DNA of 64,000 nucleotides from Nitrososphaerota archaeon (GTDB taxonomy: Archaea > Thermoproteota > Nitrososphaeria > Nitrososphaerales > Nitrosopumilaceae): contig JAGWFT010000001.1 of NCBI GenBank assembly GCA_028867755.1, positions 580,727-644,726 on the forward strand, read 5' to 3'. Shown piece by piece: positions 37,692 through 48,824 of the stretch (positions are counted from its first letter, which is position 1; each line of letters begins with the position of its first letter). A program made the position numbers and the translations under genes. The notes beneath the pieces are model-generated. The model was not told the origin of the DNA. It did not search any database and worked only from the letters and a program-made list of their open reading frames with translations.

Positions 37692-38643
37692 CTTGGTAGA
37701 CTGGTCTTTTTCCGCCAAGTGAGAGTATTAGATTTTTTATTGTTATTTCTGCCATCTCTCTTCTAGTTTCCACAGTTGCACTTCCAATGTGCGGAGTAAT
37801 TATCACATTCTTTAGTTTTGTCAAAGAATTTGAAATGTCTATAGGCTCATCTTGAAATACATCAAGAGCAGCTCCTGCAATCATCTTCTTCTTTAAGGCA
37901 ACAATGAGATCTTTTTCGTTTATTATCTTACCACGTGATGTATTTACCAAAAACGAAGCCTTCTTCATCTTTTTGAGCAATTTTAGATTCACTATCTCAT
38001 GTGTCTTTGGTGTATATGGTGCATGGATACTTATCACATCACTTCTTCTGAACAACTCATCAAGTGAGACATATCTTGCATCCAATTTTTTCTCTTCTAA
38101 AGAAGATAAACGTTTTCTGCTATGGTATAATATTTTCATCTCAAAACCGCTAGCCCTTCTTGCAACTGCTTTACCTATTCTCCCCATGCCAAATATTCCC
38201 AAGGTTTTTCCGTACAGATCCGTGCCTAGAAACTCATATGGCCCAAATATTGTCTTCCACTCATTTTTGCGAATTATCTCATATCCCTCATTGATTCTTC
38301 GAAAGAGAGACAGCACGAGTGCCATGGAAAGATCTGCTGTAGCTCTTGTAAGAACTTCTGGGGTATAACTTACAACTATTCCTCTCTCTGACGCTGCATT
38401 AACATCAATGTGGTTATATCCTACGCTAAAAGTGGAGATTGCTTTGAGTTTGTTTCCAGCATTTATCACATCTGAATCTATTTTGTCATACGGATAGCAA
38501 ATCAAACCATCTTTGTCCCTTATTCTAGAGATCAGCAATTTCTTTGGCATTGGAATCTTGCCTGCATGTATCTCAACATCATATCTTCTCTTTAATTCTC
38601 GAACAGCAAAACCATGCAATCTACGAGTAAGCAAAATCTTCAA
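37657..38643 (-). CDS. D-2-hydroxyacid dehydrogenase (glyoxylate reductase-like)
   Basis: GIFGMGRIG Rossmann motif, VNTSRG, AALDVF.DEP, TPHIGSAT. Confidence 0.93.
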   Translation of the reverse strand: MKILLTRRLHGFAVRELKRRYDVEIHAGKIPMPKKLLISRIRDKDGLICYPYDKIDSDVINAGNKLKAISTFSVGYNHIDVNAASERGIVVSYTPEVLTRATADLSMALVLSLFRRINEGYEIIRKNEWKTIFGPYEFLGTDLYGKTLGIFGMGRIGKAVARRASGFEMKILYHSRKRLSSLEEKKLDARYVSLDELFRRSDVISIHAPYTPKTHEIVNLKLLKKMKKASFLVNTSRGKIINEKDLIVALKKKMIAGAALDVFQDEPIDISNSLTKLKNVIITPHIGSATVETRREMAEITIKNLILSLGGKRPVYQVKVESGRLGLS

Positions 38644-38727
38644 ACTAATCTTTTTTCAGCTAGATCTCGATTTTAAGCATGATCTTGCTCAAAAATGATT
38701 TATAATAAAACAATCTATCAAATAGCA

Positions 38728-38862
38728 TTGAAGAAAAAGGTAGAGTTTGCTGTCTGCGTTAGCTGTGGAAACGATTTAGAAAAATGTGTATGTGTGTGTC
38801 CTTTTTGTGGAGAGCGTGACAAGTGTGAATGTGCCCTCTTTGATGCAGCAACTGGTGGATAG
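38728..38862 (+). CDS. 44-aa Cys-rich miniprotein ending in Gly-Gly (not in the ORF track)
   Basis: From TTG: MKKKVEFAVCVSCGNDLEKCVCVCPFCGERDKCECALFDAATGG; 8 Cys; TATA-like TTTATAAT about 25-30 nt upstream. Confidence 0.7.
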   Translation: MKKKVEFAVCVSCGNDLEKCVCVCPFCGERDKCECALFDAATGG

Positions 38863-38920
38863 ACATCGAAAATCGAGAACCATAGCATTATTAATATTTG
38901 ATTAAAGTCTTAAGTGTATC

Positions 38921-40834
38921 ATGTCTTCTATTGATTTAACTTGGGTTATCGGCGGCCCACAGGGTGGAGGAGTTGAGACTGCAGCTAACATTTTTGCAGG
39001 GGCCTGTGCAGGTTGCGGCCTCAAGATCTTTGGAAAAAGGGAATACTATTCTAATATCAAAGGTGAACACAGCTATTTTGGAGTCCGAGTGTCTGATAGT
39101 ACAATTCGTTCAAATGTTTCTGGTATAACGATGCTTGTTGCCTTTGATGCAGAGACGATATTTCGACATGCTGAAGATGTATTTGATGACGGTGCAATTG
39201 TTTATGAATCTGATTTATCCCAAGTTAAAGCAGACGAAGTCCAGACACTTGACTTACAATTCAAGGGCAGACTAGTAAAATATCTTGACTCAAAAAATAA
39301 ACCCGCTACAATACAAGGTGCACTTGATGCAGCAAAAGAAAGGGGAGTTACACTCTATCCTGTTTCATTTAAGGCCATTTTATCCAATCTTGCAGATGAA
39401 ACAGGTAACCCAAAGCTTCGTGGTATGTTTCGTATGCAAAATGTACTTGCAGTATCAGTATCGCTTGGGCTGCTGGGCCTTGCACCTGATACATTGTTAA
39501 GTTCAGTAGCGAATATTTTTGCAAAGAAAAAAGAGATTGCAGAAATGAACAAGCACGCAGCAAACTATGCTTACAATTTTGCAGCAGCCAAGTTTCAAAA
39601 ATTCAAACATCAATTGTCTCCAATTCCAAAAGAACCAAACACAATTCTGGTTCAGGGATTTCAATCAACAGGTCTTGCCAAGATAGCTTGTGGCTGTAGA
39701 TTCCAATCATACTATCCAATTACTCCAGCCTCTGACGAGAGTGTCTTTTTGGAATCAAATGAGACCTTTGATATAGAAAATGAAAGGCCTGGCTCTACAA
39801 TGGTTGTTCAAACAGAAGATGAGATCTCTGCAATTGGCATGGTAATAGGAGCTGCACTTACTGGCACAAGATCTGCAACAAGTACATCAGGACCAGGATT
39901 TTCACTTATGGCAGAGATGCTTGGCTGGGCTGGTATCAACGAAGTGCCAATTGTAGTCACGTTGTACCAACGTAGTGGTCCATCAACTGGACTTCCAACA
40001 AGACATGGTCAAGATGATCTGCAGTTTGCAATTCACGCAGGTCATGGAGATTTCCCAAGGATAGTATATGCGTCAGGCGATACTGAAGAAGGATTCTATG
40101 ATACTGCCAAGTGTTTCAACTTTGCAGAAAACTTTCAGATACCAGTAATTCACATGATGGACAAATTCATTGCAAGTACAGTCTCTACGGTACCAAGATT
40201 TGATGTCAAAAAGATAACAATTGAACGTGGTAAGCTTTTGCAAAAAATCGATTCCGAAGGTTACACAAGATTTGCACCATCTCCAGATGGTATGTCTCCA
40301 CGATCAAAACTTGGACTTGAAAATGGCATATTTTGGAATACAGGTGACGAAAGTGATGAGCATGGACATATCTCAGAAGATCCTGTAAATAGAGTCTACA
40401 AGATGGATAAACGAGCCAAAAAACTCGAGGTAGCCTTGCAAACCATTTCAAAGGAAGACCAGGCAGTAAAATATGAAGGATCTGAGACATGTATTGTAAG
40501 TTGGGGCTCAACCAAAGGTCCCATACTTGATGCAATTGAGATGCTGAAAAAAGAAAACAAAAAAGTTGGATTTGTACAAATAAAATTATTACATCCATTT
40601 CCAGCAGATTATATCAAATCCCTGCTCAAAGATGTTAACACTATAATCAATATAGAAGCTAATCATTCTGCACAACTTGGTTCATTGCTTAATGAATACT
40701 TAGACAGAAAGGTTGACTATCATATTCTAAAGTATACTGGAAGACCAATGACTTGTAACGAAATTTATGAGTCAGTCAAAAAAGTCTTGGATGATAAAGC
40801 TGAGAAAAAAGAGGTACTAACATATGGTGTCTAA
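38921..40834 (+). CDS. 2-oxoacid:ferredoxin oxidoreductase alpha subunit (gamma-alpha fusion)
   Basis: [41 protein letters not shown]. Confidence 0.95.
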   Translation: MSSIDLTWVIGGPQGGGVETAANIFAGACAGCGLKIFGKREYYSNIKGEHSYFGVRVSDSTIRSNVSGITMLVAFDAETIFRHAEDVFDDGAIVYESDLSQVKADEVQTLDLQFKGRLVKYLDSKNKPATIQGALDAAKERGVTLYPVSFKAILSNLADETGNPKLRGMFRMQNVLAVSVSLGLLGLAPDTLLSSVANIFAKKKEIAEMNKHAANYAYNFAAAKFQKFKHQLSPIPKEPNTILVQGFQSTGLAKIACGCRFQSYYPITPASDESVFLESNETFDIENERPGSTMVVQTEDEISAIGMVIGAALTGTRSATSTSGPGFSLMAEMLGWAGINEVPIVVTLYQRSGPSTGLPTRHGQDDLQFAIHAGHGDFPRIVYASGDTEEGFYDTAKCFNFAENFQIPVIHMMDKFIASTVSTVPRFDVKKITIERGKLLQKIDSEGYTRFAPSPDGMSPRSKLGLENGIFWNTGDESDEHGHISEDPVNRVYKMDKRAKKLEVALQTISKEDQAVKYEGSETCIVSWGSTKGPILDAIEMLKKENKKVGFVQIKLLHPFPADYIKSLLKDVNTIINIEANHSAQLGSLLNEYLDRKVDYHILKYTGRPMTCNEIYESVKKVLDDKAEKKEVLTYGV

Positions 40835-41789
40835 TTTATCAGATTACAAAACCGAAGTCCATAACGATTGGTGTCCAGGATGTGGGGATTTTGGCATTGT
40901 AAATGCAATCCAAATGGCACTTGCGGAGATGGAGATTCCAAGGCACAAGGCAGCAATATTTTCAGGAGTTGGCTGTTCTGGCAAGACATCTCATTTTATC
41001 AACACATATGGTGTTCATACGTTACACGGTAGGGTTCTTACTTTTGCTCAGGGTGCCAAGCTTGCAAATCCTGGGATGACAGTTGTTGCTGCTGGAGGTG
41101 ATGGTGATGGACTTGGTATCGGAGCAGGACATTTTGTTGCAGCGGGAAGAAGAAATGTGGACATGACATACATCATATTCAATAATGCAGTTTATGGTTT
41201 AACAAAGGGTCAAGCATCCCCAACTCTAAAGCTTGGATTGAAAACCAAATCGTTGCCAGAACCAAATGTAAACCAGTCTGTAAATCCAATCGCACTTGCA
41301 ATTGCAAGTGGATTTACATTTGTCGCAAGAGGATACGCCTATGATGTAAGGCAATTAAAGGATCTAATTGTAGCGGCTGTAAAGCACAGAGGTCTTGCAT
41401 TTCTTGATGTTTTACAACCATGTCCTACCTACAATGACATAAACACAAGAGACTGGTTTGCAGGAATGGATAACATTGATGAAATCACAAAAAAACCTCT
41501 ACCGAGAATCTACAAACTAGAAGATACGGGGTATGATCCCGTAGTACATATTGATTCTACAATGGAAGAAAATGAGAAACTCACACAGGCTTTAATAAAA
41601 TCAAATGAATGGGATGCAAAGATTCCAACAGGTATCTTCTACAAGAACGAGCTCATTGCACCATATGACCAACGAATCTCTGATAGGATACCAAATTATC
41701 TTGAAAATCCACCTGCATCTCAAGAAATTTCTAACAACGGTAAACCTATAACCAATATTTCAAAAATCTTGGATTCACTTGAGGTTTAG
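40824..41789 (+). CDS. 2-oxoacid:ferredoxin oxidoreductase beta subunit
   Basis: [12 protein letters not shown]...N TPP motif, [18 protein letters not shown]. Confidence 0.95.
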   Translation: MVSNLSDYKTEVHNDWCPGCGDFGIVNAIQMALAEMEIPRHKAAIFSGVGCSGKTSHFINTYGVHTLHGRVLTFAQGAKLANPGMTVVAAGGDGDGLGIGAGHFVAAGRRNVDMTYIIFNNAVYGLTKGQASPTLKLGLKTKSLPEPNVNQSVNPIALAIASGFTFVARGYAYDVRQLKDLIVAAVKHRGLAFLDVLQPCPTYNDINTRDWFAGMDNIDEITKKPLPRIYKLEDTGYDPVVHIDSTMEENEKLTQALIKSNEWDAKIPTGIFYKNELIAPYDQRISDRIPNYLENPPASQEISNNGKPITNISKILDSLEV

Positions 41790-41906
41790 AGTTTTAGTTT
41801 AAGTGTGAGTCAAAGATACCTTTTAGTCCTGTGTTCGACTTTTGTAAAATTCCGTTAACGTTAATGATATAAGTTATTAGCATGATAACAAAAGAGTAGT
41901 TCTACA

Positions 41907-42341
41907 TTGAATTTAGAGGAAGTTAATAAGATATTCCGCAAATCAATTATCAAGGGATACTTTGAGCCCAGCCTTCTGAACCTAGATTTTAAAAAGTCAA
42001 ACCTAAAACATCCAACCATACGGGATGATGGTCTTATGCAAACAAATCTTCTTCACCTATTCTTTGATATTGAAACAGGTTATGATTATCCTGATGGCGA
42101 TGAATGGTTTATGGCAGAGTTTCTCTTTCCTCATAATGTTAAACTTCCTGACAGTCTCAAAGGCCCAGATTACTTTAGTACTATGTCAGTTGGTGAGGGA
42201 AAAAATTTTTGGAGACATAGAGAGCTCATCAGATACAAGTACGGCAAATCAAAAAAACTTGAAGAATCCTTGGATTTTATAGAAAAAAAATATCGTGAAT
42301 TGCATTCTTTACTGGAACCTCTAGAAAAAGAGATCAAGTAA
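41907..42341 (+). CDS. Hypothetical protein
   Basis: 144-aa ORF; no motif recognised. Confidence 0.7.
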   Translation: MNLEEVNKIFRKSIIKGYFEPSLLNLDFKKSNLKHPTIRDDGLMQTNLLHLFFDIETGYDYPDGDEWFMAEFLFPHNVKLPDSLKGPDYFSTMSVGEGKNFWRHRELIRYKYGKSKKLEESLDFIEKKYRELHSLLEPLEKEIK

Positions 42342-42867
42342 TTTTCCACTCGTTCTGTGAGAAACCATACGTTTCATTTTCTGATGTTGCTGAATCAATG
42401 TTCCATCTCTCAGTTTTATCATTAAAATTATAAACAATTTCAGTGATACTTGCAGGTATTTTGTGTGGATCAAGATGATAAGGAAGAAGTTCTAAAACAA
42501 AACTTGTCTTCTCTATAGCAGAATCAAACAAGTTTTTGTCATCTAGATCTAACATGAATTTTATGCTCGGTTTCCCAATAAATTTAATGTAAACTCGCAG
42601 CGTCCTTCCTCCGCCACGTCTTCTTTTTAATTCCTTTAGAATTGCCTTGAACTTGTCCCATCTTGCGTTTCCAAACCATTTGAAGAATGCGTCATTGAAT
42701 GCAAGAGGAAAAACAATGTCAATCATTGTGGTGAAATCTTCATCTGGTTGTTCTCGTGGATCTTCTTTTACTTGGAATAAACTATGAAGAAGACTGTATA
42801 ACACCTCCAATTCCCATGGGGATACACCATAGAATCTAAGCGAGAGAGGAAGCTTGGAACTCATCAC
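42334..42867 (-). CDS. Hypothetical protein
   Basis: 177-aa ORF; no motif recognised. Confidence 0.7.
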   Translation of the reverse strand: MMSSKLPLSLRFYGVSPWELEVLYSLLHSLFQVKEDPREQPDEDFTTMIDIVFPLAFNDAFFKWFGNARWDKFKAILKELKRRRGGGRTLRVYIKFIGKPSIKFMLDLDDKNLFDSAIEKTSFVLELLPYHLDPHKIPASITEIVYNFNDKTERWNIDSATSENETYGFSQNEWKIT

Positions 42868-42968
42868 ATATAATTCTAAAAAATTCTAATTAAAGCTTCA
42901 ATTCCGCTCTAGGAATAGATTATTTCTATCCTTTACCTGAATTGATTATTGCTTGTATTGATGTGCAT

Positions 42969-43397
42969 CTAGATGATGGCTAGATTGTTGGCAATATAAG
43001 ATCTGACTAGCTCATTTGCCCTTTGGTATTGGTACTCTGAATCTCCTATCTTTGCATAATAAATATCATTTAGCATCGTTTTCTCCTCTCTTGTCACCTC
43101 TCTGTGTAGTAGTGTATCATAACTGGGACCATCGTAAAATATAATCTTGATAAACCCAATGATCCTTTTTACGAATGAATTGCCGTGTGATATGCGATTT
43201 GTGTTCTTTACAACAATAGCTTCTCCAATAAAGCAATGTCTACTGTTTTCCTGTCTTAGTGTGCCGCTAGTTACTGATGATGATATTTTAGATCTTTGTA
43301 GTGAAGAAAGCTGGTTCCATAGCCAATCCACTTTGCTCAGGTATTCTAACTCATGTATATTCAATTGATGGCTGTTGTCATACCATGACATTGCCAT
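42969..43397 (-). CDS. Hypothetical protein
   Basis: 142-aa ORF; no motif recognised. Confidence 0.55.
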   Translation of the reverse strand: MAMSWYDNSHQLNIHELEYLSKVDWLWNQLSSLQRSKISSSVTSGTLRQENSRHCFIGEAIVVKNTNRISHGNSFVKRIIGFIKIIFYDGPSYDTLLHREVTREEKTMLNDIYYAKIGDSEYQYQRANELVRSYIANNLAII

Positions 43398-43455
43398 GTA
43401 TTATCTAAGTCGAGGATTGATTTAAGAATTAAATCGTATGGCTAATTCCATAGTT

Positions 43456-44007
43456 CTAAATTGTCAAGATATATTTGAAGAGATACAATATGCCTGTTGC
43501 TCCTATGAAAAATACCATTGGCTTCCAGGCCAAAACTGGAAAACTTGGGGTCTTTAGCTGAACCTTATAGTTGTCAACAACTGCCTTGACATATTTTCTT
43601 ATTCTTTCATTCCAGATTTTGTACTCGACTTGATGCTTTTTGAGCAGTGTTTCGATTTCGTATAGTACGGGTGTTCGCTGACAAAAGAGATGTTGCAAAT
43701 AGTCTCGTGAAACCTCGACTTCGGCTTGTATTGCAACCAGACCTTTCTTCATTTCTAGTAACCTCACATGCATTTCCCATGGTTTTTTTAGTTTCAACGA
43801 AAGACCATGGCCTATTTGTAATGTCTGCTTGTGTTCAAATTTGACATGAGTGAAACCCTCATGAGCAAAGATCTTTAGCATTTCTTCAACACTTTTCTTT
43901 ACCACTATGGTGAGTTGTTCTACTCCGTTTGTATCCACCTTTACCATCTCTCTCATACCATCTAGGAGTGATACTGTCTTTGGATATCTAGTGAAAAACT
44001 CTACCAT
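43456..44007 (-). CDS. Hypothetical protein with a C-terminal TM helix
   Basis: 183-aa ORF; WEMHVR; hydrophobic C-terminus. Confidence 0.75.
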   Translation of the reverse strand: MVEFFTRYPKTVSLLDGMREMVKVDTNGVEQLTIVVKKSVEEMLKIFAHEGFTHVKFEHKQTLQIGHGLSLKLKKPWEMHVRLLEMKKGLVAIQAEVEVSRDYLQHLFCQRTPVLYEIETLLKKHQVEYKIWNERIRKYVKAVVDNYKVQLKTPSFPVLAWKPMVFFIGATGILYLFKYILTI

Positions 44008-44048
44008 AACCTGCCGTCAAATTCAGCTCTATTAAAACTATAGTTGTA

Positions 44049-44819
44049 TCATATTCTTGTCCCTAGTCCACGAACATATACACACTGGTCATATGAGATG
44101 GCCATCTCATTTTCTTGAATTCGTCTATCTGTGAGTGTGATTCCAGCATCTCTTATGAGTACAGCAGGAATAGCGTCTGCTCCTTCTCCCATCTTGAGGT
44201 TTGCAATCGATGCCAGGTCATCAGCAACAGCCTGTAATGTTACCTTGAGTGGATTTCCATACAAATCCTTCTGGCCTCTAAGATCTGATAGTGGTTCTAT
44301 ACCTGCACATGCAATTGTAACACCTACAGTTCCTGATCTTGCTGGCATCAACCTGCTGTCTATTATGATGATTCCGACATGAACCTGATATGTGAGCAAA
44401 AACTTGCGTCTGAGCTGCTCTGATACTACATAAGGATCATTAGGGTATAGAATCACAGCTCCCTTTTTTGCATTAGATTTGTCAATGCCTGCATTTGGTG
44501 CCATGATGTAATCTGACGATGTTATCACAAATCCCGGAATGCCTCCAAATATTACATCTGATTCTCTTATGATGATCTCAGCTATCTCTGGTTTGATGTG
44601 AAACTTTGACGCAACAGTTGTTGCCTCCAAAGATGGTGACACCTTATCATATTCTACTATTCTGTCTTGAGAATTTGCAACATACTTGCTTGATATTGAT
44701 ATAACGTCTCCATTTTGAGGTGTTAATCCCTCATTTTGAAGATCTGATCTGAGACTTTCGAACAGATCAAATCTTTTAGTCTTGGGGGAGGATTTTATTG
44801 GAAATACTGAAAGTGGCAT
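44049..44819 (-). CDS. cofE: Coenzyme F420-0:L-glutamate ligase
   Basis: GDVISISSKYVA, PNAGIDKSN, DLRGQKDLYGNPL, ANLKMGEG. Confidence 0.9.
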   Translation of the reverse strand: MPLSVFPIKSSPKTKRFDLFESLRSDLQNEGLTPQNGDVISISSKYVANSQDRIVEYDKVSPSLEATTVASKFHIKPEIAEIIIRESDVIFGGIPGFVITSSDYIMAPNAGIDKSNAKKGAVILYPNDPYVVSEQLRRKFLLTYQVHVGIIIIDSRLMPARSGTVGVTIACAGIEPLSDLRGQKDLYGNPLKVTLQAVADDLASIANLKMGEGADAIPAVLIRDAGITLTDRRIQENEMAISYDQCVYVRGLGTRI

Positions 44820-44867
44820 GAATATCTATGATTGAATTTACTATTTAGCGTTCTGCAGATGGCACAA

Positions 44868-45494
44868 TTATTCAGGCGTACTTGATCTTTTTTGCTTTGC
44901 AAGAATCTTTTTTCTAACTATGAACCCGGCAAGACCTACAGCAATAGATACAAGAGCACCATCAACCAAAAGGTGTCTATTATCTGTGTTAATGGTTGTA
45001 TTGGTACTGTTTGCAGAGCCGATCTGAGACGTTGTATTGGAAACAGTTTGGTTTGATGTTTGTAATTCTCCCTGTCCTATGTAAATAGGAAAGGTAACCT
45101 CATCTAGTTGAGATGAACTATCTTTTGAAAAAGCAGTATCATTTAGGTCTACTTCCACTTGATAGCTTCCAGGATAATCAAATTGATATGGTATTCCAAC
45201 CTTTCCTGTAATTGTAGATCCTCCTGGCAGTATGAGTAGCTGAGAAGTTTCATTTCTTATGATAAACTTGTAATAAATGTCTCCGCGTGGGGCTTTAGTC
45301 TGTGGGTCTATAAACTGGATGAGAATGATAGTGGGTTGACCTGTGATGGGGTCTGCCGGAGCAGTTGAGAGATTAACATATGCTAGTCCCTTACTTGATA
45401 ATCTGGTTTGTGGCACAGATTCTTCTTGAGCATAGACTATGTGTTGGAATAATAATGCAAGCATGACAAAAGCTGACAATTTTAACAATGTCAA
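44868..45494 (-). CDS. Secreted protein with a C-terminal membrane anchor
   Basis: Signal peptide, Ig-like core, S/T/N linker, TM followed by RKK. Confidence 0.75.
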   Translation of the reverse strand: MTLLKLSAFVMLALLFQHIVYAQEESVPQTRLSSKGLAYVNLSTAPADPITGQPTIILIQFIDPQTKAPRGDIYYKFIIRNETSQLLILPGGSTITGKVGIPYQFDYPGSYQVEVDLNDTAFSKDSSSQLDEVTFPIYIGQGELQTSNQTVSNTTSQIGSANSTNTTINTDNRHLLVDGALVSIAVGLAGFIVRKKILAKQKRSSTPE

Positions 45495-45585
45495 AACTAA
45501 TCTTTTTTAGATGACTTTTATTGGAATGTAAACGTTTGGAGGAATTCTTCTGCAAACGTTTTAATTTCTAAAAGGATCATTTCTC

Positions 45586-46860
45586 TTGTTGAATATAACT
45601 GAAAAAATTCTAGCTAGAGCATCAGGAAAAACCAGAGTCTCGCCAGATGATGTTGTGTTTGCTAATGTAGATAAAGTAATGATGCATGATGTGTCTGGGC
45701 CAGGTGTAATCGCAGTATTTGAAAAGCTAAAGAAGACTGGGATGAAGATTGAAAAATTATGGGCTCCGGAAAAAGTGTGGGTTGCTGAGGATCATTTTGT
45801 ACCAGCAGCTGATAAAGTATCTGCTCAAAATGTGGTTTTATTAACACAGTTCACAAAACAGTATGGCATAGGAAAGCATTTCAAATATGGAATGGGTCAG
45901 TATGGTATTTGCCATACGCTTTCCCATGAAGAGGCTATGGTATTGCCAGGTGAAGTCTACGTTGGAGGAGACTCGCATACCAATACCACTGGTGCTCTGG
46001 GTGCATTTGCGGCAGGACTTGGGCATACTGATGTGGCATATGTTCTGTTAAATGGAAAGATCTGGTTCAAGATTCCAGAGACATTATACTTTAAGCTAAA
46101 TGGAAAATTGCCAGATTATGTGATGGCAAAGGATCTGATATTGAAAATAATTGGAGATATTGGAACAGATGGTGCAGCATACAAGACAATGCAATTTGGA
46201 GGATCTGGAATTTCTGAAATGTCTGTTGAGGAGAGATTAACCTTAACTAATATGACTACTGAAGCTGGAGCAAAAAGCGGAATAATAGAGCCAGATCAAA
46301 AAATAAGAGATTATCTTGTACAGAGAGGAGCGACCAACTACAATGAAGTTCATGGGGATGCCGACTCGCAATATTCCAAAGTCTACGAGTATGATGCTGC
46401 TGAACTTGACCCAATTGTAGCTAAACCATTCTCTCCAGAGAATGTTGCAGTTGTACGAGATCTGTCATCTATATCACTTGACAAGGCATACATTGGTTCA
46501 TGTACTGGAGCAAAACTTGAGGACTTGAGAGCAGCTGCAAAAATACTCAAGGGAAGGACTGTAAAGATTAGGACCGAAATACTTCCTGCAGCGATATCTA
46601 TCTTCAAGAAGGCGATGGATGAGGGACTGGTAAAGATCTTCATGGATGCAGGGGCAATGGTAGGACCACCAACCTGTGGAGCCTGTTGTGGTGCACATAT
46701 GGGAGTCTTGGCAAAAGACGAGGTATGCATAAGCACCACTAATAGAAACTTCCCAGGCAGAATGGGGCATGTTGAATCAAAAACATATCTTGCTTCACCA
46801 CTTGTTGCAGCAGCATCTGCAATTACAGGTAAAATTACAGACCCGAGGGATATCAAATGA
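45586..46860 (+). CDS. Archaeal-type aconitase-family dehydratase large subunit (homoaconitase/IPMI family)
   Basis: NITEKILARA, GICH, GGDSHT, IGSCT, CGACCG, STTNRNFPGRMG. Confidence 0.9.
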   Translation: MLNITEKILARASGKTRVSPDDVVFANVDKVMMHDVSGPGVIAVFEKLKKTGMKIEKLWAPEKVWVAEDHFVPAADKVSAQNVVLLTQFTKQYGIGKHFKYGMGQYGICHTLSHEEAMVLPGEVYVGGDSHTNTTGALGAFAAGLGHTDVAYVLLNGKIWFKIPETLYFKLNGKLPDYVMAKDLILKIIGDIGTDGAAYKTMQFGGSGISEMSVEERLTLTNMTTEAGAKSGIIEPDQKIRDYLVQRGATNYNEVHGDADSQYSKVYEYDAAELDPIVAKPFSPENVAVVRDLSSISLDKAYIGSCTGAKLEDLRAAAKILKGRTVKIRTEILPAAISIFKKAMDEGLVKIFMDAGAMVGPPTCGACCGAHMGVLAKDEVCISTTNRNFPGRMGHVESKTYLASPLVAAASAITGKITDPRDIK

Positions 46861-47339
46861 AAGGTTCTGTAATAAAATATGAAAGAGACAATATTGACAC
46901 TGATGTGATCTTACCAGGACCATATCTCAAGATTCATGACTATGCGGAGCTTGCAACACATGCAATGGAAGGAATTGACAAAGATTTCCACAAAAAAGTA
47001 AAACCAGGAGATTTCATAGTTACGGGCAGAAATTTTGGTTGCGGTTCATCTAGGGAACATGCACCAATAGCTCTGTCATATTCTGGGGTCAAGGCGGTTC
47101 TGGCAATCTCATTTGCAAGAATCTTCTACCGAAATGCGGTAGATGGAGCATTCTTGTTACCTATAGAAATAGAAGAGAATACCTACAAGGACATATCTGA
47201 AGGAGATCAGCTCGAGATTGACACATCTAAAAATGAAATAAGGAATATCACAAAAAGCAAGACTTACAATATGAGACCATTTCCAGAATTGATAGGAAAA
47301 ATAATTGCAGCAGGTGGGCTGTTCAATTATAAACCATAG
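46857..47339 (+). CDS. Archaeal-type homoaconitase/IPMI small subunit
   Basis: DNIDTDVILPGPYLK, NFGCGSSREHA, SFARIFYRN. Confidence 0.9.
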   Translation: MKGSVIKYERDNIDTDVILPGPYLKIHDYAELATHAMEGIDKDFHKKVKPGDFIVTGRNFGCGSSREHAPIALSYSGVKAVLAISFARIFYRNAVDGAFLLPIEIEENTYKDISEGDQLEIDTSKNEIRNITKSKTYNMRPFPELIGKIIAAGGLFNYKP

Positions 47340-47407
47340 TAAAATAACTGTCTAAAACAATTCTTTGTTATACCATTATATCTCCGATTTGAAGGTAAAT
47401 ACTTTAG

Positions 47408-48823
47408 ATGACAAAGACCTTATTTGAAAAAATCTGGGACTCGCATGTAGTATTAGATGAGGGAAATGGACGTTCTTTACTATATGTTGACAGGCATCTA
47501 GTACACGAGGTTACATCACCGCAGGCCTTTGATGGCTTGCGTATAGCCAAGAGAAAGGTGAGAAGAACAGATCTTACTTTTGCAACAATGGATCATAATG
47601 TGCCAACAAATAACAGATCATTACCCCTAGTAGACCAAACTTCTGCAATGCAGATAAAGACACTTGAAAGAAACTGTAAAGATTTTGGCATTGAGCTTTT
47701 TGATATAGATAGCCCAGACCAAGGAATAGTTCATGTTATAGGACCTGAGCTTGGTATAACATTGCCAGGAACGACCATTGTTTGTGGTGACAGTCATACT
47801 TCGACACATGGAGCTTTTGGTGCACTTGCCTTTGGAATTGGCACAAGTGATGTAGAGCATGTATTAGCTACTCAATGCATATGGCTGGAAAAGCCAAAAA
47901 CATTCGAGATTCGTGTGGAAGGAAAGCGAAAAAATCCCCACGCAGTAACTGCAAAGGATATCATATTATCAATAATACGAAAAATTGGTACTGCTGGTGG
48001 TACAGGTGCAGCATTTGAGTATAGAGGAGAGGCAATCTCTGAACTTAGCATGGAACAAAGGATGACAATATGTAACATGTCAATTGAAGGAGGGGCACGA
48101 GCTGGCCTTGTAGCCCCAGATAAAAAGACATTTGATTATTTACGAGGCAGAAGATATGTCCCAAAAAATTATGATGCATTAGTCGAGTATTGGCAAGAAA
48201 ACTTGAAGACTGATAGTAATGTGCAATTTGACAAAAGTTTTACATTGCATGCAGACACCATTGCACCTCAGGTTAGTTGGGGCACAAATCCTGCAATGAC
48301 TGTTGACGTTACAGGAAAGGTTCCGTTTCCTGAAGAATATGCACAAGGAAGCATAGAGGAAGAAAAAGCTGCATCCAAAGCACTACAATACATGGGGCTA
48401 AAACCAGGAACCTCTATTACAGACATTGATCTAGACCGAGTCTTCATCGGCTCTTGTACAAATTCTAGGCTTGAAGACTTGACCGAGGCTGCAAGAGTGG
48501 TAAAAGGAAAGAAGGTTTCATCAAAAGTAAGAGCAATGATTGTACCAGGTTCACAGCATGTAAAGAGACAAGCAGAGGAACTGGGTCTTGATAGAGTCTT
48601 CAAGGATGCAGGTTTTGAGTGGCGTGAGTCAGGATGTAGCATGTGCCTTGGAATGAATCCAGATATACTATCTGCCGGGGAGCGATGTGCTAGTACTTCT
48701 AACAGAAATTTCGAAGGCAGACAAGGTTCTGGTGGTAGAACTCATCTTGTTAGTCCAGTAATGGCAGCTGCTGCAGCAATTCGGGGACATTTTGTTGATG
48801 TACGAGATCTGGACTTGAACTGA
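47408..48823 (+). CDS. leuC: 3-isopropylmalate dehydratase large subunit, bacterial type
   Basis: [56 protein letters not shown]. Confidence 0.95.
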   Translation: MTKTLFEKIWDSHVVLDEGNGRSLLYVDRHLVHEVTSPQAFDGLRIAKRKVRRTDLTFATMDHNVPTNNRSLPLVDQTSAMQIKTLERNCKDFGIELFDIDSPDQGIVHVIGPELGITLPGTTIVCGDSHTSTHGAFGALAFGIGTSDVEHVLATQCIWLEKPKTFEIRVEGKRKNPHAVTAKDIILSIIRKIGTAGGTGAAFEYRGEAISELSMEQRMTICNMSIEGGARAGLVAPDKKTFDYLRGRRYVPKNYDALVEYWQENLKTDSNVQFDKSFTLHADTIAPQVSWGTNPAMTVDVTGKVPFPEEYAQGSIEEEKAASKALQYMGLKPGTSITDIDLDRVFIGSCTNSRLEDLTEAARVVKGKKVSSKVRAMIVPGSQHVKRQAEELGLDRVFKDAGFEWRESGCSMCLGMNPDILSAGERCASTSNRNFEGRQGSGGRTHLVSPVMAAAAAIRGHFVDVRDLDLN

Positions 48824-48824
48824 A

